Assembly: GCA_008632985.1 (NCBI GenBank)
Contig: QPGO01000102.1
Span: 186,001-250,000, forward strand
DNA: 64,000 bases
Direction of reading: 5' to 3'
Source: Psammoneis japonica
Taxonomy: Eukaryota
Below the pieces are notes generated by a model that was not told the origin of the DNA, did no database searches, and saw nothing but the letters and a program-made list of their open reading frames with translations. The translations under genes were made by a program, and so were the position numbers. Below, one piece after another: positions 37,150 through 49,580 of this stretch. How positions within the stretch are numbered: the stretch's first letter is position 1; each line of letters starts with the position of its first letter.

Positions 37150-40100
37150 TGAAATGAAAGTGGAAAGCAGGGAATGCTGTGTGCAGTCAAAAATCCATTG
37201 TTGCACAGTCGCAACGGATCCGTGGACACCCTTCACTCTTTGACGCAGGTCCCGTGCGCAGAGTCTGGTTTGCCAACAGGTGTGGACTTGGGGTGCGTGA
37301 TGGAATGCATGCAATTAATCCAGAGGACAGCTGAATCAAAAAAGGTTGTCCAAGCAGAAAATTGGTGCTCATGTCAGGAGATCATGAAGTTCTTGGGGAC
37401 AGCTGAGCGAGCGTCAATCTGCGTGACCCGTCTGCACTGCAGCCCAATTTTTGATGACTGAGCCCATCACCAAAAGGTTCAGTCATGAAACATGGCTTTG
37501 ATTCCCTGGAACTTGTTTTGCAATCCAAGGCAAAAGCATTGAAAAAGGCAATGAAGAGGTTTTCGGACCTTGCTGTCAGCTTGTGGAGATGCCTTTTGCC
37601 GCCACGTCGTCAATTTGTTGTGCATCATCTGACAAGTTTGGCAGATGGGAGAGAGCAAAGTGGTCATTCAGAAATGAATTTCCCATGCCAGATGAGGCCA
37701 TTTCCTGCAGTTTGGGTGGCAGCTTGAGTTGCGTGCTGCACAAAGTTGTGCAGATGCATCAGCACATCCACGCTGGTGGCTGACGGCGCACTCTCCGCAT
37801 CTTTGAGAATGGCCAAACTCAGCCATGCAAGGGGGGTTGTCATTTGTCTTGTGCACCAAATTCTTGAACATCAACTCATCTTTCAAGCACTGTCCCCACA
37901 TTTGGCTTTTCCCATTCCCGCTGGGCACAAAAACTGTGCCGGTGCTCTGCCTCCTGGTGATGAGCAAATGCAGGAATGACGGAGCTCTCAAAGCCAACAG
38001 CATGTGCCAGCTAAGTGCAGCAAGGTTGACCCAATTGCAAAAATCAAGCATCCCAGCCAGATTTGCATTTAGAGCAATCATGGCAAGTTGACACAAGCCA
38101 TCACTTGGGTCGCTGCAAATGCCATTTTCACAGCTTGCAAAACAATCCCTTGGTCTGAAGACGCAGCAGTGCACGCAAATGTGAAGCATGTCTTCAAGAG
38201 GTGAAAAATTGTTGCAAAAGTTGTGCACACAGATCTTGGGCTAAAAATGATCTGGAACAAAGTGCCCCCAATTCAGGCTCTTGTCTTTGGTCTGTGCACA
38301 AAGTCGCTGCTTTTTTTCTCACATTGCATGCTCCCAAAAGTCAATGGCTGCTTGGACCACACCTTCAGATCACTTGACATGGGAGACCTGCATGTTCTTT
38401 GTTGTGCAATGCGCCAGTTGAATTTTTAAGGCAGAATTTCCATGACACTTTGCAGGCAGCTTCCAATCACAGCATGGGTTGTCGAGTGCAGCTGACTCCT
38501 GATGAGGGTCATTCCAAGCCTCTTGTCCATTCATGCTTGATGTCTGACAAGGGCATGGCAACCACGTGAGAAAAAACAAAAGGCAAACATCAACTGGTCC
38601 ATTCTCATGCACACTGAGCAAGAAATGGTGGCTTGTTTCAAATCAAGCAAAGTGAGTTCAGCTGAAACTGGAAGGGTGTGATTTTTTGGAGCTGACATGG
38701 ATGACTGAAATGGGTCCATGGGACTGCAAAAAAGTGACAGCAATGCAACATTGTTCAATCGGAAGCTGGAGCAGAGCTGACTGCAAGTCCCACATGGCCC
38801 GTGAGTGATGCAAAAGTGTTTGATTGGGAGCCAGAGCAGAGCTGACTGTGAGCCCCACATGGCCCACAACCAAAGTTGTGGTTGAATTGTGTGTGTCAAT
38901 TCAAGGATGGATCTGCGTGCTGCGGTCTAATTTAAAACAGCTTGCATTTCCCGCACTTCACCGTGTTGTTTTGACATGCCTCGGAACACCCCCGAACACT
39001 CACGCGTTCGTCAAACCCTCATGGGGGCTGTTGGACGGCTATAAGAAATGCACATTTGGCACTTCAAATGCCACTTGTCGACCTGTGCCCTGTTGTCAGG
39101 TCGAAAAAACCGCCAATTTTTGCTAAAATCGGGCTTCTTGTGGGAGATTGGTGGCAACTTTCCGGGAAATGCCGACAAGTGGCATTTGACTGGCCATTGA
39201 CATGTCTGCAGTCGTCAAGGTAAAACTGGCGCATGGTCACACCTGTCGTTTGAGCACTCTGGGGTGTCTGGCGAATGGACAAAGTTCGACCCATCGCTGA
39301 AATTTTTTTTGCAAACGGCGCGCGCATTTGCTGCGATTCATCCGGGCCATTTTCATAAAAATTGCGAGCTCCCAAAAAACAGACCGCAGCACGTAGATCC
39401 ATCCTCAAAGCTCAGAGCCCCACACTTTGGTGGTGCTTTTGTCCTGTCCAGACTTTGCATCTCCACACAGCTGTTGGGTGTTTGACTTTTGTCAAAGCAA
39501 CAAGACCATCGGCAATCCAAGCAACAGCAGCAGCCACACCCACAGTGCCAATTTGTGCCCCAACCCCAATCACTTTGTTCTCCACTGGCTTGTGCCTTTC
39601 TTTCTGGATTTGCCAAATCACAAAAGGAGAAGATCCAAGCAGTGCAGATTGAAATGTTGTGGTGCACACTGCTTTGAGAACAACTCACAACAGCACCTGT
39701 GTGGCAAAAGCAATGTTGGTTGCATCTCTTGCAGAGAACCTTGTCATCACTCTGATCCCATCAAACCCCCTTTCCTCTCTTTGACATCTCATTTGCAGAA
39801 ATTTTTCTCTTCACATCTTGGCAAGGTGCGACAAAGGATTTCTAAGATGACAAAAACTGAACAGCACCACAGCTGAAACCCGCAAATTCCAAGCCATGAT
39901 GTCAGCACTCAGATGATGAGGGCAAGCCAACAGCAGTTAAAACTCAATGACTCCAGCTTTGGCTGATGAGCACAGCTGAAATGCCGCGGTGCCTGATGAG
40001 TTGCACTCTGGTTCCTCCTTGAGCAACCACACACTCTGGCCAACATGGCAAGGCTGGAGGTTGCTGCAGCTGTCACAAGAAGCCAAAACATGGGCACACA

Positions 40101-40800
40101 ACAGGGTGTTGCTGTGTGGGAGTGCACAAAATTCTCCAAGTGAACAAGGCGAACTCAATGGCTCTGCAAGACCAGTGAAAAGAGAACAAAGCAACATGAT
40201 GAGTGCTCAAAGAGCACATTTTTGGAGCAAAGCTCTGCGTGGAACTCCAAGGGTCAAAAGCCAGAGCCAGAGTTGAGGCCAACACAAACACCAAACAAGT
40301 TGGCAGGGGGGAGGGGGGTGTTGAATGTGCGGAACATTGTTGCTGTTGCGGCGCGCGCATCAAATTTGTCTCAAGTTCATTTCCTGTTGGCCATTGGAAG
40401 GAACAAGATTGGACAGTGGGGGCAAGAGCCAAAACTGTCCCCCCCGAGCAAAAAACCCTGCAAAACAAAACAGAGGCAGCGCAGGCAACAAAACAAGTGT
40501 TCATCCATTTTCAGCGCACAAGTCTCTCAGATCACAACCACCTCAGGTGAGGTGTCTTTTGTCAGCAGCAAGCAGCAACACCCAGATTTTGGTTGGGTTG
40601 GCAGGGGTGCGAGAGAAGAGACAAGTTGTCCTGGCAGCTTGGGTGGAGTCATGGACCACACTGGCCCATCATCCTTGTTGCTGTGGTTCAGCCAAGCGCA
40701 ACCCCAAGGTGGAAAAATGTGCTGCCTGGATCTCGGATTGTGGTGTTCATGTTGAGAGGACATTGGCAGGTCTGTTTGATCGCAGATTTGTGTTTTTGCA
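37150..40800. mobile_element. Degenerate repeat/TE relic, TpA-depleted, with a CpG-retaining island at ~38920-39400
   Basis: Compositional signature and Tyr-free remnant ORFs. Confidence 0.55.
39064..39189. repeat. 17-bp perfect inverted repeat, 92-bp spacer
   Basis: TCAAATGCCACTTGTCG (39064-39080) / CGACAAGTGGCATTTGA (39173-39189). Confidence 0.85.
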
Positions 40801-40813
40801 CAATTTACAGACT

Positions 40814-40932
40814 TCCGGTGTGATGCAGGTGGTTAGCACACTTGCCTTTCACGCAGGATGCCGAGTCTCTGCACACAACATGTGCGCAATAAAAAAAATC
40901 CTGCCACTCTACCAGGGTTCGAGTTTCTGTAC
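40814..40932 (+). pseudogene. Fragmented tRNA-Glu pseudogene copies (5' two-thirds at 40814-40861, T-arm fragment at 40910-40932)
   Basis: Aligns to the intact tRNA at 40968. The 5' fragment differs only at TA sites. Confidence 0.85.
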
Positions 40933-40967
40933 ACCTCATGTAATAAAAATCCTGCCGGTCTACTAAT

Positions 40968-41040
40968 TCCGGTATGATGTAGGTGGTTAGCATACTTGCC
41001 TTTCACGCAGGATACCAGGGTTCGAGTCCCTGTACCGGAA
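40968..41040 (+). tRNA. tRNA-Glu(TTC)
   Basis: Acceptor stem TCCGGTA/TACCGGA, anticodon arm CTTGC-CTTTCAC-GCAGG, T arm CAGGG-TTCGAGT-CCCTG. 73 nt. Confidence 0.93.
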
Positions 41041-43289
41041 AATCACTTTTAGGCGGTTGTGCTTTTGCAGGATTTGAAGCATCACGATGTGTCGATTCGA
41101 CATCGCTTTGTCACTGCTCTTTTGCGCTGCACTGTGCTAAAATAAATGCACAAGACTCCTGCAAGTGACACGGTGTAGTGGCATTTGCATTTAAAGTCAT
41201 GCATGTCACTGACATGGTTGTCTTCTTGTCACCATTGTTTGCACTCAGCCTTGGTGCGCCGAGTGAAGGCTCGCATGGATGGAGCGCGCGCGTTTGTTTT
41301 CGCACGTTGATGCGCGTGGATATAACACTGCTCATTCACAGGTGTTTGTGCTTTTCAAGACAAATTCTGATGGTGCGTACGTGCGTCGTGCGTGCGTTGG
41401 CGGGGCTTGATGATGATTCGAAATCTGTTCGAGCGAGCAAGCCGCGCACAAGCGAGCGAGCTGGCGAGTGCCATCCAAGAAACTGCTGCCTTCCTTGCTT
41501 TCCCTTGGTCAATTTGGCCAAAAACCTCAAGTTCGCCCTCAACTCTCAACAAATCAATGCACATCAAAACATGCACCGGTCCACAAACATCATGCATACT
41601 GTGTGTGGATGAGTCTCGACACGATTCATCGTTGCGTTCTTGCCTTGCTCCTGGACTCTTCTTCATTCTTCATTCGGCACATTTGGCAGAGTCGTCATGA
41701 TGCGATGCACGCTTTACAAGTTGCAAGTAACAACGTTTTGGAGCTACTGTATATACAGTATTGATTTGCATTTTGCAGCAGAAGCACCGGTGTGCATTGC
41801 AAATGTAACGCTCGAAAAATGGTAAGGCAACGATGCTATATATCTTTCTGTTTGTCATGGGCATCTTATACTATTTGCTTTGTTTGTATTTTGTACATGT
41901 GTTATTGCCTGCGTGTTGATGTGATTTGAGACATGCTACTTGCTTTGATTGACATATCATTGTTGTTTTTTGAATATGGTGAGTATGTAATATCTGATGA
42001 ATCACGAGGACGACGAATAAATTTTGTGAATCTAACAAGTACTCCTTTTTCTTTTTTCAGACAATCAATGATACTGGTACAAGTCTATCCTCTAACATCA
42101 CCGCTCCGACTGAAGTGATACGCGTGTTGATGATATTCCAAGTCTATCCTCCAAGAATGCTGCTCCGACTGAAGCGCCGCGTGTTGAAGATTGTGACAAT
42201 CTTTCCCATCAAGGCGGTGTCTGATTTTTTGTGCTTGTTGCATTTCTGATCTACAGAGAAAGGCCACCGAACGACTCGTACCTCATCAATCTAGGGTTGT
42301 CGTCACAGGTCAACACTTTGTCGTGACGAGTGTCAGCGAGTAACAGAAACTACAAAAGCACCTACCGCAAGACGTACTACCTCAAGACATGCTGTGCCTC
42401 TACATGCCCTGCTTCTGTGGCGGAGTTTTAGAGATTTTGACACTGTCCGACTTATACACGGGCGTTGCTGATTTTTCATTCATTTTATTTGTTTGGGCTT
42501 TGCGTTGCGTTCGGCTATCTTAACACAAACAACAATGTAACATCTTGTTGTGTTTGACGAGATGAAATAATGTTGTGATGCCGACGAAAAACCGGTAGTA
42601 CGAGGACAGACTGTCCGTGACTGAGCAAGTGGGATTGACGAGTGGCAAAAGATCCACGAAATTGGCGCGCCGGAATTCCGCGGTCATCAATCTCAGAATC
42701 GACGAAAAGAAGGCGACTGTCGCATCGAGCTGCTTTGTTTTGTGAGTGCACTTTGAAAGGTAAGCCTTTATCTCCGTTCATGTCAATTTCTTGTGTCGTT
42801 TATACTTTGAATATATTCTCACTTCTCGTGTTTGGTTTGCCGTCGTGCTGATCGTTTCAACGATATTGATAGAGTCGACTCCATCGGCACACGAGGTGCG
42901 TCGGACGACAAGAGACTCCTATTGACAGTATCATACCAACAGCGTCATCCCCATGTGAGTGTTCAATCGACAATACTTTTCTTCAATTTCCTCTTTACAA
43001 AATAATGTATTGCTCATTGACTCTTTTGTTCCGTGTTGATTGTTGGTTCGATATCGTTCAGCGTGTCGGTAACGATCGAATTGCAGTACAACGCGCACGC
43101 TGCACTCGGCTCGGTATTGGTGGCATTACACCAATCGCTATCATTTGACACGGTGAGTACTCAATCATATTGTTATTTATACTGCATCACTCTTTGTTTT
43201 TGATGTACTTCTAACCATTCGTCGTTTGCTCTCGTGATGCCGATGGATTCGCACGTGATTCGCACCGCAGCTAAATATATCGCATCATC

Positions 43290-45906
43290 ATGCCTCCCAA
43301 GCAAAACAAGCCCCTGGTCAAAGGGCAAAAGACTATTGGCAGCTTTTTTAGTCCCCGTGCCGAGGCCAATGCAACGACTACGACGACCGCCAAGACACCA
43401 TCCAATGCGCCACTGAAACGAAAAGCCTCGGAAACGCCTGCAGGCAGGAAGGCCAAGGTATCCAAAATTACTGAATTGTCCACTGCGCCAATCAGTAGTT
43501 TCTTTCTGTCTCCGCCACCTGCTCCTACTCTCAAGTCGCCTTCTACTATTGTTGCCGACTATCGTCCTACTGGCGACGAATCATCTACCAAGAATGCCGA
43601 TACCACTGGTAACGTCAGCAGTGACGAAAACGACAAATCGTACATTCGAGAAGACGATGGGTCCGACACCAACACCCATGGCAATGAGATGTCACACGAC
43701 GAGGAGTGCTTTTTCGAGCGATTGATCATGCCAATGTTTAGCTCCAACGTGGCGCGAGAAACAGCCAAGCCGTATTGTGAAGCCATGGTAGCACTTGCAG
43801 AAAAGCACCACGTCATTGAGCGTCCAGACGGATACTATTCCAACCAAATGCTCACCCGAGCTGTCACCAAGAGCCCTGGTCTTTACGGTATTCAAAAGGA
43901 AGCACTGGAAAAGATTGGTGCAAGCAGCAACATGCACAACCGCTGCAACATTTCAAAAGACATCGAGCAATACGACCAATTTCGTGTCATGATGAATCTT
44001 GATTGTACTGATGCCGAATTTGATGCAGAGATGCAAGTTGTTTACGAGAACTTTATTGATGCTTTTGACAAAGCTGAGGGATTGAGTGGGTTTCAACATT
44101 TCTTTTTTGTTGAGCTATTGCGAGACCGCCATGGGGAAAGCCTGGGACCCAAGAAAATGATTTGGTTATTAATGTTGGAATTCGGCCTGCAACAGAGAGA
44201 GAATCTTCCGGCGCCGTTTGAGTGTATGATGTACAAGGAATCTGTTGCGCAACTCTATTATGATTTGGCGGAATCAAACTGTAACTCGGTCACCAATCAT
44301 CTTTCCAAGATCATTGGTTGTGCAAGGGAGAATCCGTCGCTTCTATTCGTTTTCGCCATCTCTAGTTGGAAGACTGGACACGATGGTTTGTCCAGCAAGA
44401 TCTTGGCCACCCTTTGCATTGTTTTGCACGAGCATCTACAATGTGATACGCTCCCTTATCCAGCAGTCCATAACGCCGTGACTGCTGAAGAGAAGTACTC
44501 GACGGCGTACTCGGACCAACAGAAGGCTACCGCTCGGCTTGTCTTGTACTACCATGTGCAACAGTTGATTGAATCACCATTTGGGGTTTTATTCTTGGAC
44601 TCAAACAACTTGATATTTCGTGATGACCCCAATTTCCATCGGAGCGCAGCTCAGGTTCTTGAGGACCATGGCTTTCGAGAGGTTGAATGTATCCTATTTG
44701 GCGAGATTCGTCTATTTTTGGATTCGAGCGATCTTCATGCGGTTTTCTTGCACAAGCCGCTGTGCATTGCGAGTGACAGTCGGGCGTGCATTCCAATGAT
44801 GTTTCGTGTTCGCCGTGCATTGTCACTGTCAGTACTCTGTAACGTTGCTCGAGTGCTTCGGGACGAGGAACTTCTGAACCCAAGCATTAAGTTTCGCAAT
44901 CCCATCAATGGCATTCTTGGGTTCCAGGTGGGTCGACTTGGTCTTCATCAAAACCTGTTTGTGTGTTCAGCCATTGGCAAGGATTGTTTCTCTGGAGCTG
45001 AAACGAATGCTTTGGTTGAGAATAACCTTGCTAAAACGGTTGGAAAAGACGCGCCTGTGTCAAAAAGGTTCGCAAAGAGTGTTCGGCAAGGTGAGTCTGT
45101 CGTTGCATTTGCTTTTGTTCTTTTGCGTCGTTGTGTCAGACTAACAGCAGCTTTTTTTGTGTTTTCGTTTGTTGCCAAGCGGGAAGAAACGTGCAGCAGA
45201 TGTATTGCGCCCTGTTGATCGAGTCTTGCCATTCCAGTTCCGCTCCATCATCAGCCATGCTCAGCAAGGCGAGGAAGAGCAAATGTATCTTGAGATGCGT
45301 GAGCTTGCCAAGAAGGGTTTGGGTGGCACAACTGCAGACATGAAAACTTTCAACTATAGACTCAAAGAGACCATCATGAACCAAGCCATTCCTGGTTCGG
45401 CTTTGGCACTACACCTCATTTCTCTTCATGAGCGACATGCGCAAAACACGGGCAATCGTCAATCTGGACCTGGCAAGGGTAAAAGTAGAGCAGAGGTTGC
45501 GGACAACGATGCAATGGTGAGGAATCTCGTGGATGCTTGCCAACCAACGGCAAGTGGTGTGCCTGGACGTACATTTTGGGCAAAGGAGGTAAGCGGAGAA
45601 CGCTTTGTAGAACCAATGGGGCGCTCGTTGTCGGATTGCGGGGACCATCTTTTTCCCGGCGACAGCTACAATGAAGTTGCAGGCATGACATGTGAAGGCA
45701 TTAGAGAGCGTTGCAAGTCTTGCCGAACGTTCAAGGGAAACGCCAATTCTGTCACTTGCGAGCGGCATCCTCATTTGGACATCAAGAAGGTGAAATGCAA
45801 GAGGGACAAGAGACGCAAGGTCAGAGTCACTGTGGGTGGAATGCAGGGTGGAGTTGCGAACGGACATGTGTTGTGTCAATTTGTGTTCAGTGATTGCCAA
45901 AGCTGA
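43290..45906 (+). CDS. Repeat-borne gene copy A: ~840-aa unknown protein with N-terminal PIP-box-like motif (intron 45091-45179)
   Basis: Long ORF MPPKQNKPLVKGQKTIGSFF. GTGAGT donor and CTAAC branch site. 1-nt loss in the A-run at ~45062 relative to copy B. Least mutated copy. Confidence 0.7.
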
Positions 45907-48900
45907 GCATGACTTCTTTGATTGGAGCAAAAGTTGCCGTGCTGGGAAAGAAGCCCCATTTGGTTGTTGAGCTTGTGTTTGGTGATCCTCGTGAATGCGA
46001 AAAAGGTGCTGCAGCACAGTGGGGTGTTGCAGACTCTGCTGCAGAGAAGTGGACCGTGCTGCAGACATTTGATTGATCCTCGTGAATGCAAACAAAGCAA
46101 TTTCATTTGATCTTCATTGTGCAGTGTGCAGCAGTTGGCTGTGCATTTGCTCAGTGGAAAGGGTGCATTTCTGATTTGAAGTTTTGTTCCTTTTTTCATG
46201 TCTCGCTGTGTGGAGGTGCGCAATCTTTGCTGTCAAAAATTGCGCTTCAAGCAGTTGTGCTTTTGCAAGAAGAAATTGATGCCTGTGCAGTGCTTTTGCA
46301 ACTTTTGAAACATCGCCTTGCGACAAACGTGCCGGTGCAGCAATTGCAAACACTCCATCAGAGTCGTCGTGACGGGTTGCTCATTGTTTTCTCACACGCT
46401 CCAGACACAACACACACATTTTTCATGAAGTGACAATGAAACTGGAGACGCTGTTTCACCACGGTTGATTCCTCATGCAAGGTGAGATGCTGGTGAGATG
46501 ATCCCCCCCATTTGTGCAAATGATGTGTGTGCACAAGCTCTGTCTTGACATGTGCTGACAGTGTGTCTTTCTGCTTTTTTCTTTCCGCTTGTCTCAGTGC
46601 AGTTGCTTTTGATTGTGTCTCTCATCTTGTCCAAGGTGGAGTCTTCTCTTGGGTTCCGAAAGCTTCAGATCTGTGGACAAGGGCCAGAATGTGACTCCCT
46701 CCTTGCCAATCCAGGGCTGTCGCCAGCAAGTCCCCAGCTTGTGTGACGAAGTGTCGGCAAGTTACAAAAATTGAAGACCCATCTCATGACAAGCAGAGCA
46801 CATCAAGACACGCTTCAAGGCTCGCCAACTGGAGCGCAGCAGCATGAAATCAAAGTTCTCCGAATCTTTTTCATCTCAAGTGATGGCAAAGAGGCTGTCA
46901 GATGCAAAACACAAACAGCACATGTGCTGCATCAATGGCGGTGGGATCTAAAAAGGGAGCTGTTTTAGCATGGGAAAAGGCTGGCAGAGCAAAGGTCAAC
47001 AGGATGAGCTCAAAGCATGGTCGCCACATGGAAGGTGTCGGAGCAAAGGTTGACAGGATGCGCTCAAAACGCAAGCACCGAATGGAAGGTGGCAAGGCTG
47101 GCAGATCAAGTGGAAAGAGTGGTTTGAAGCACAAGAGCAACTTGCCTGTTGCTGAAAAAAGTGAAAAGTTCAAGAAACGTCACTCCCAGCTGGGAGGTCT
47201 GCAAAGGAGAAATGTGCTTGTTGTGGTGCTTGGCCCGGTTGTGCTTTTTTTTTTTGTTGTGCGCATGCATCGCGCATCATTGAGCTCTGTCGTGTGTCGG
47301 CAACGGTGCTTTTTGTTTTGCACATGCATGGTCCGGGGTGGTGGAAGGATGCAGAAAACCAAGGCAAGGGAAGCGAGTGAGCCAAAAACAAGGAAGGATG
47401 GCAGGATTTGGATTGCATCACAAAAAACAGCGGTGGCATCATCATCTCATCAAGCGATGTGCATCGCCTGTCTTCCTTCGGCATTGCGGTTGCCTGCCCG
47501 GCGCACTTGTGCATGTTCTCACCATCAATCTGATTTGTTGAGCCAGTGCTGCAGTGGTCAAGCTGCTGCATGAGCAAGACTCTGAAATGACACACCAAGA
47601 AGTGACAACCGACGCGCTCCAGCCCTGGGCGGGACTCCGTGTGACATTCGGCCGTAGAAGCCTGCGCACGAGCTCTTTCAAATGTGACACCCGAATCTCA
47701 GGAAACAAATGATCTCAATGAATGCATTCAAAACGAACAAAAAAATGATGGAAATGTTCTCCTGGTGACTTGGGATGTTGACAAAAACCAAGACTCGCCC
47801 CTGGCAAAAATTCGCCTCATGCATTCTCCAACAGCGACGAAGCCTTCTTGGCCATGACAGTCGTCTTTGCGTTGGTCTTTTGTTGACCATCCTTTTCATG
47901 TGTCCATTTTTCTTTTTTGTGGGCTGTTGTCCAAATGATGATTGCACCACATCTGGCGGGCATTGAACGCACGCTCTTTTGAGCTTTTGTGGTCTCTCCA
48001 GCAGCACCCCATTTTTTGCCCACATTGTTCTCTTGTGCTCTTTGTTCTTTTCTTCAGATTGAGACCATGATGAGAGAAATCATGCATCTTGCCTTGTTGA
48101 TGGACAAGGCAAAATGACTGCCGTTGAGTCTCAGCATGCTTTTCACTGTGTGGCGGCATTTGGATTCTTTGACTTTGAGGGTCAGTGTTTCACGCAGGCA
48201 CTGCAGCAACACAATGGACCATGGCATCATGGCAACAACTCCTTTTGGTGGCTTGACACAGAGAGACATCCTTTTCTGCCAGAGTTGCCAGTCTGTGGTC
48301 ATTGGTGAGAACGAGCGGCATTGAAGAGAGAACAATCTCTCCATCTGCCAGCTGCCGGTGCATTGTAGATTGCTGCGCTTGTGTTGTTGGCAAGCAGCAG
48401 CACACCATTTCACTCTCAGCATTGTTTCATCATTTTAGTCACCATTTGTCTCACACTCAGTCCACTCTGTTTTTGCTGACAATGTCAGATTGGATGAAAT
48501 CAACATGCAGAGGGGAGACGTCATGCATCGTGCACTGTGCCTCATGGACTGCAAAATGGTTGCCGTGTCATCATCAGTGACAAGAAAAGCCACGCTGCGC
48601 AATGATGTCAACGAGCGGCACTGCTGATCAGAGTGGTGTCTCAATTTCCAATTTCTGCATCTTGCTGTGCCATCAGATCTGCAGATTGTCATGCACATGG
48701 ATGAGTCTCAACACAACTCATCATTGTGTTCTTGCCTCACTCTTGGACTCTTCTTCATTCTGAACTCATCATGCCAGCATTTGGCAGAATCATCATGATG
48801 TGATGAACACTTTGCAAGTCACAAGTGATGATGTTTCAGAGTTTGCTGTTTGTGCAGCACGGCATTGATTTGTTTCCTGTTCAGCATTTTGCAGCAGAAG

Positions 48901-49580
48901 GACCGGCATGCATCACAAATGAAACACTCAAAAAATGGCATGGCAGCAACACTGCAAATCTTTCCATGTGTCGTGGGCATCTCATGCTGTTTGCTTTGTT
49001 TGCATTTTGCACACATGCTGTTGCTTGCGTGCTGGTGTGCTTTGAGACGTGCTGCTTGCTTTGATTGACACATCATTGCTCTTCTTTGAATGTGGTGAGC
49101 ATGCAACATGTGATGAATCACAAGGATGACAAACAAATTTGTGCATCTGGCCAGCACTCTTTCTTCTCTTTTTTGCAGACAATCAACGATTCTGGTCCAA
49201 GTCTGTCCTCCAAGAATGCCACTCTGACTGAAGTGCTGTGTGTGTTGATGGTGGTCCAAGTCTGTCCTCCAACATCAGAGTGCACGAAATGTTAAAAATG
49301 TGCAGATTTGCGTGATGACAATTTGTTTAAATGTTGCAAAATGTTGTTGTCGTGTGATGACAGGCCAACCTCTGGTTGCAAGTTTGGCACACCAACATTG
49401 CAACAACTTGTTGAGAATTGTGCACGCTGTTTTTCACTGCACCCACATCGCCATTTCTGCCTCCACCTTGTTGCCATGTGCCAATGCGTGATTGCATTGC
49501 CACACAAACCTTGGTTTGTCAATTTTTGCAAACATCATTTTAAACAAGAAAAACATTTCATCGGCCAAGTCAATTCCTTG

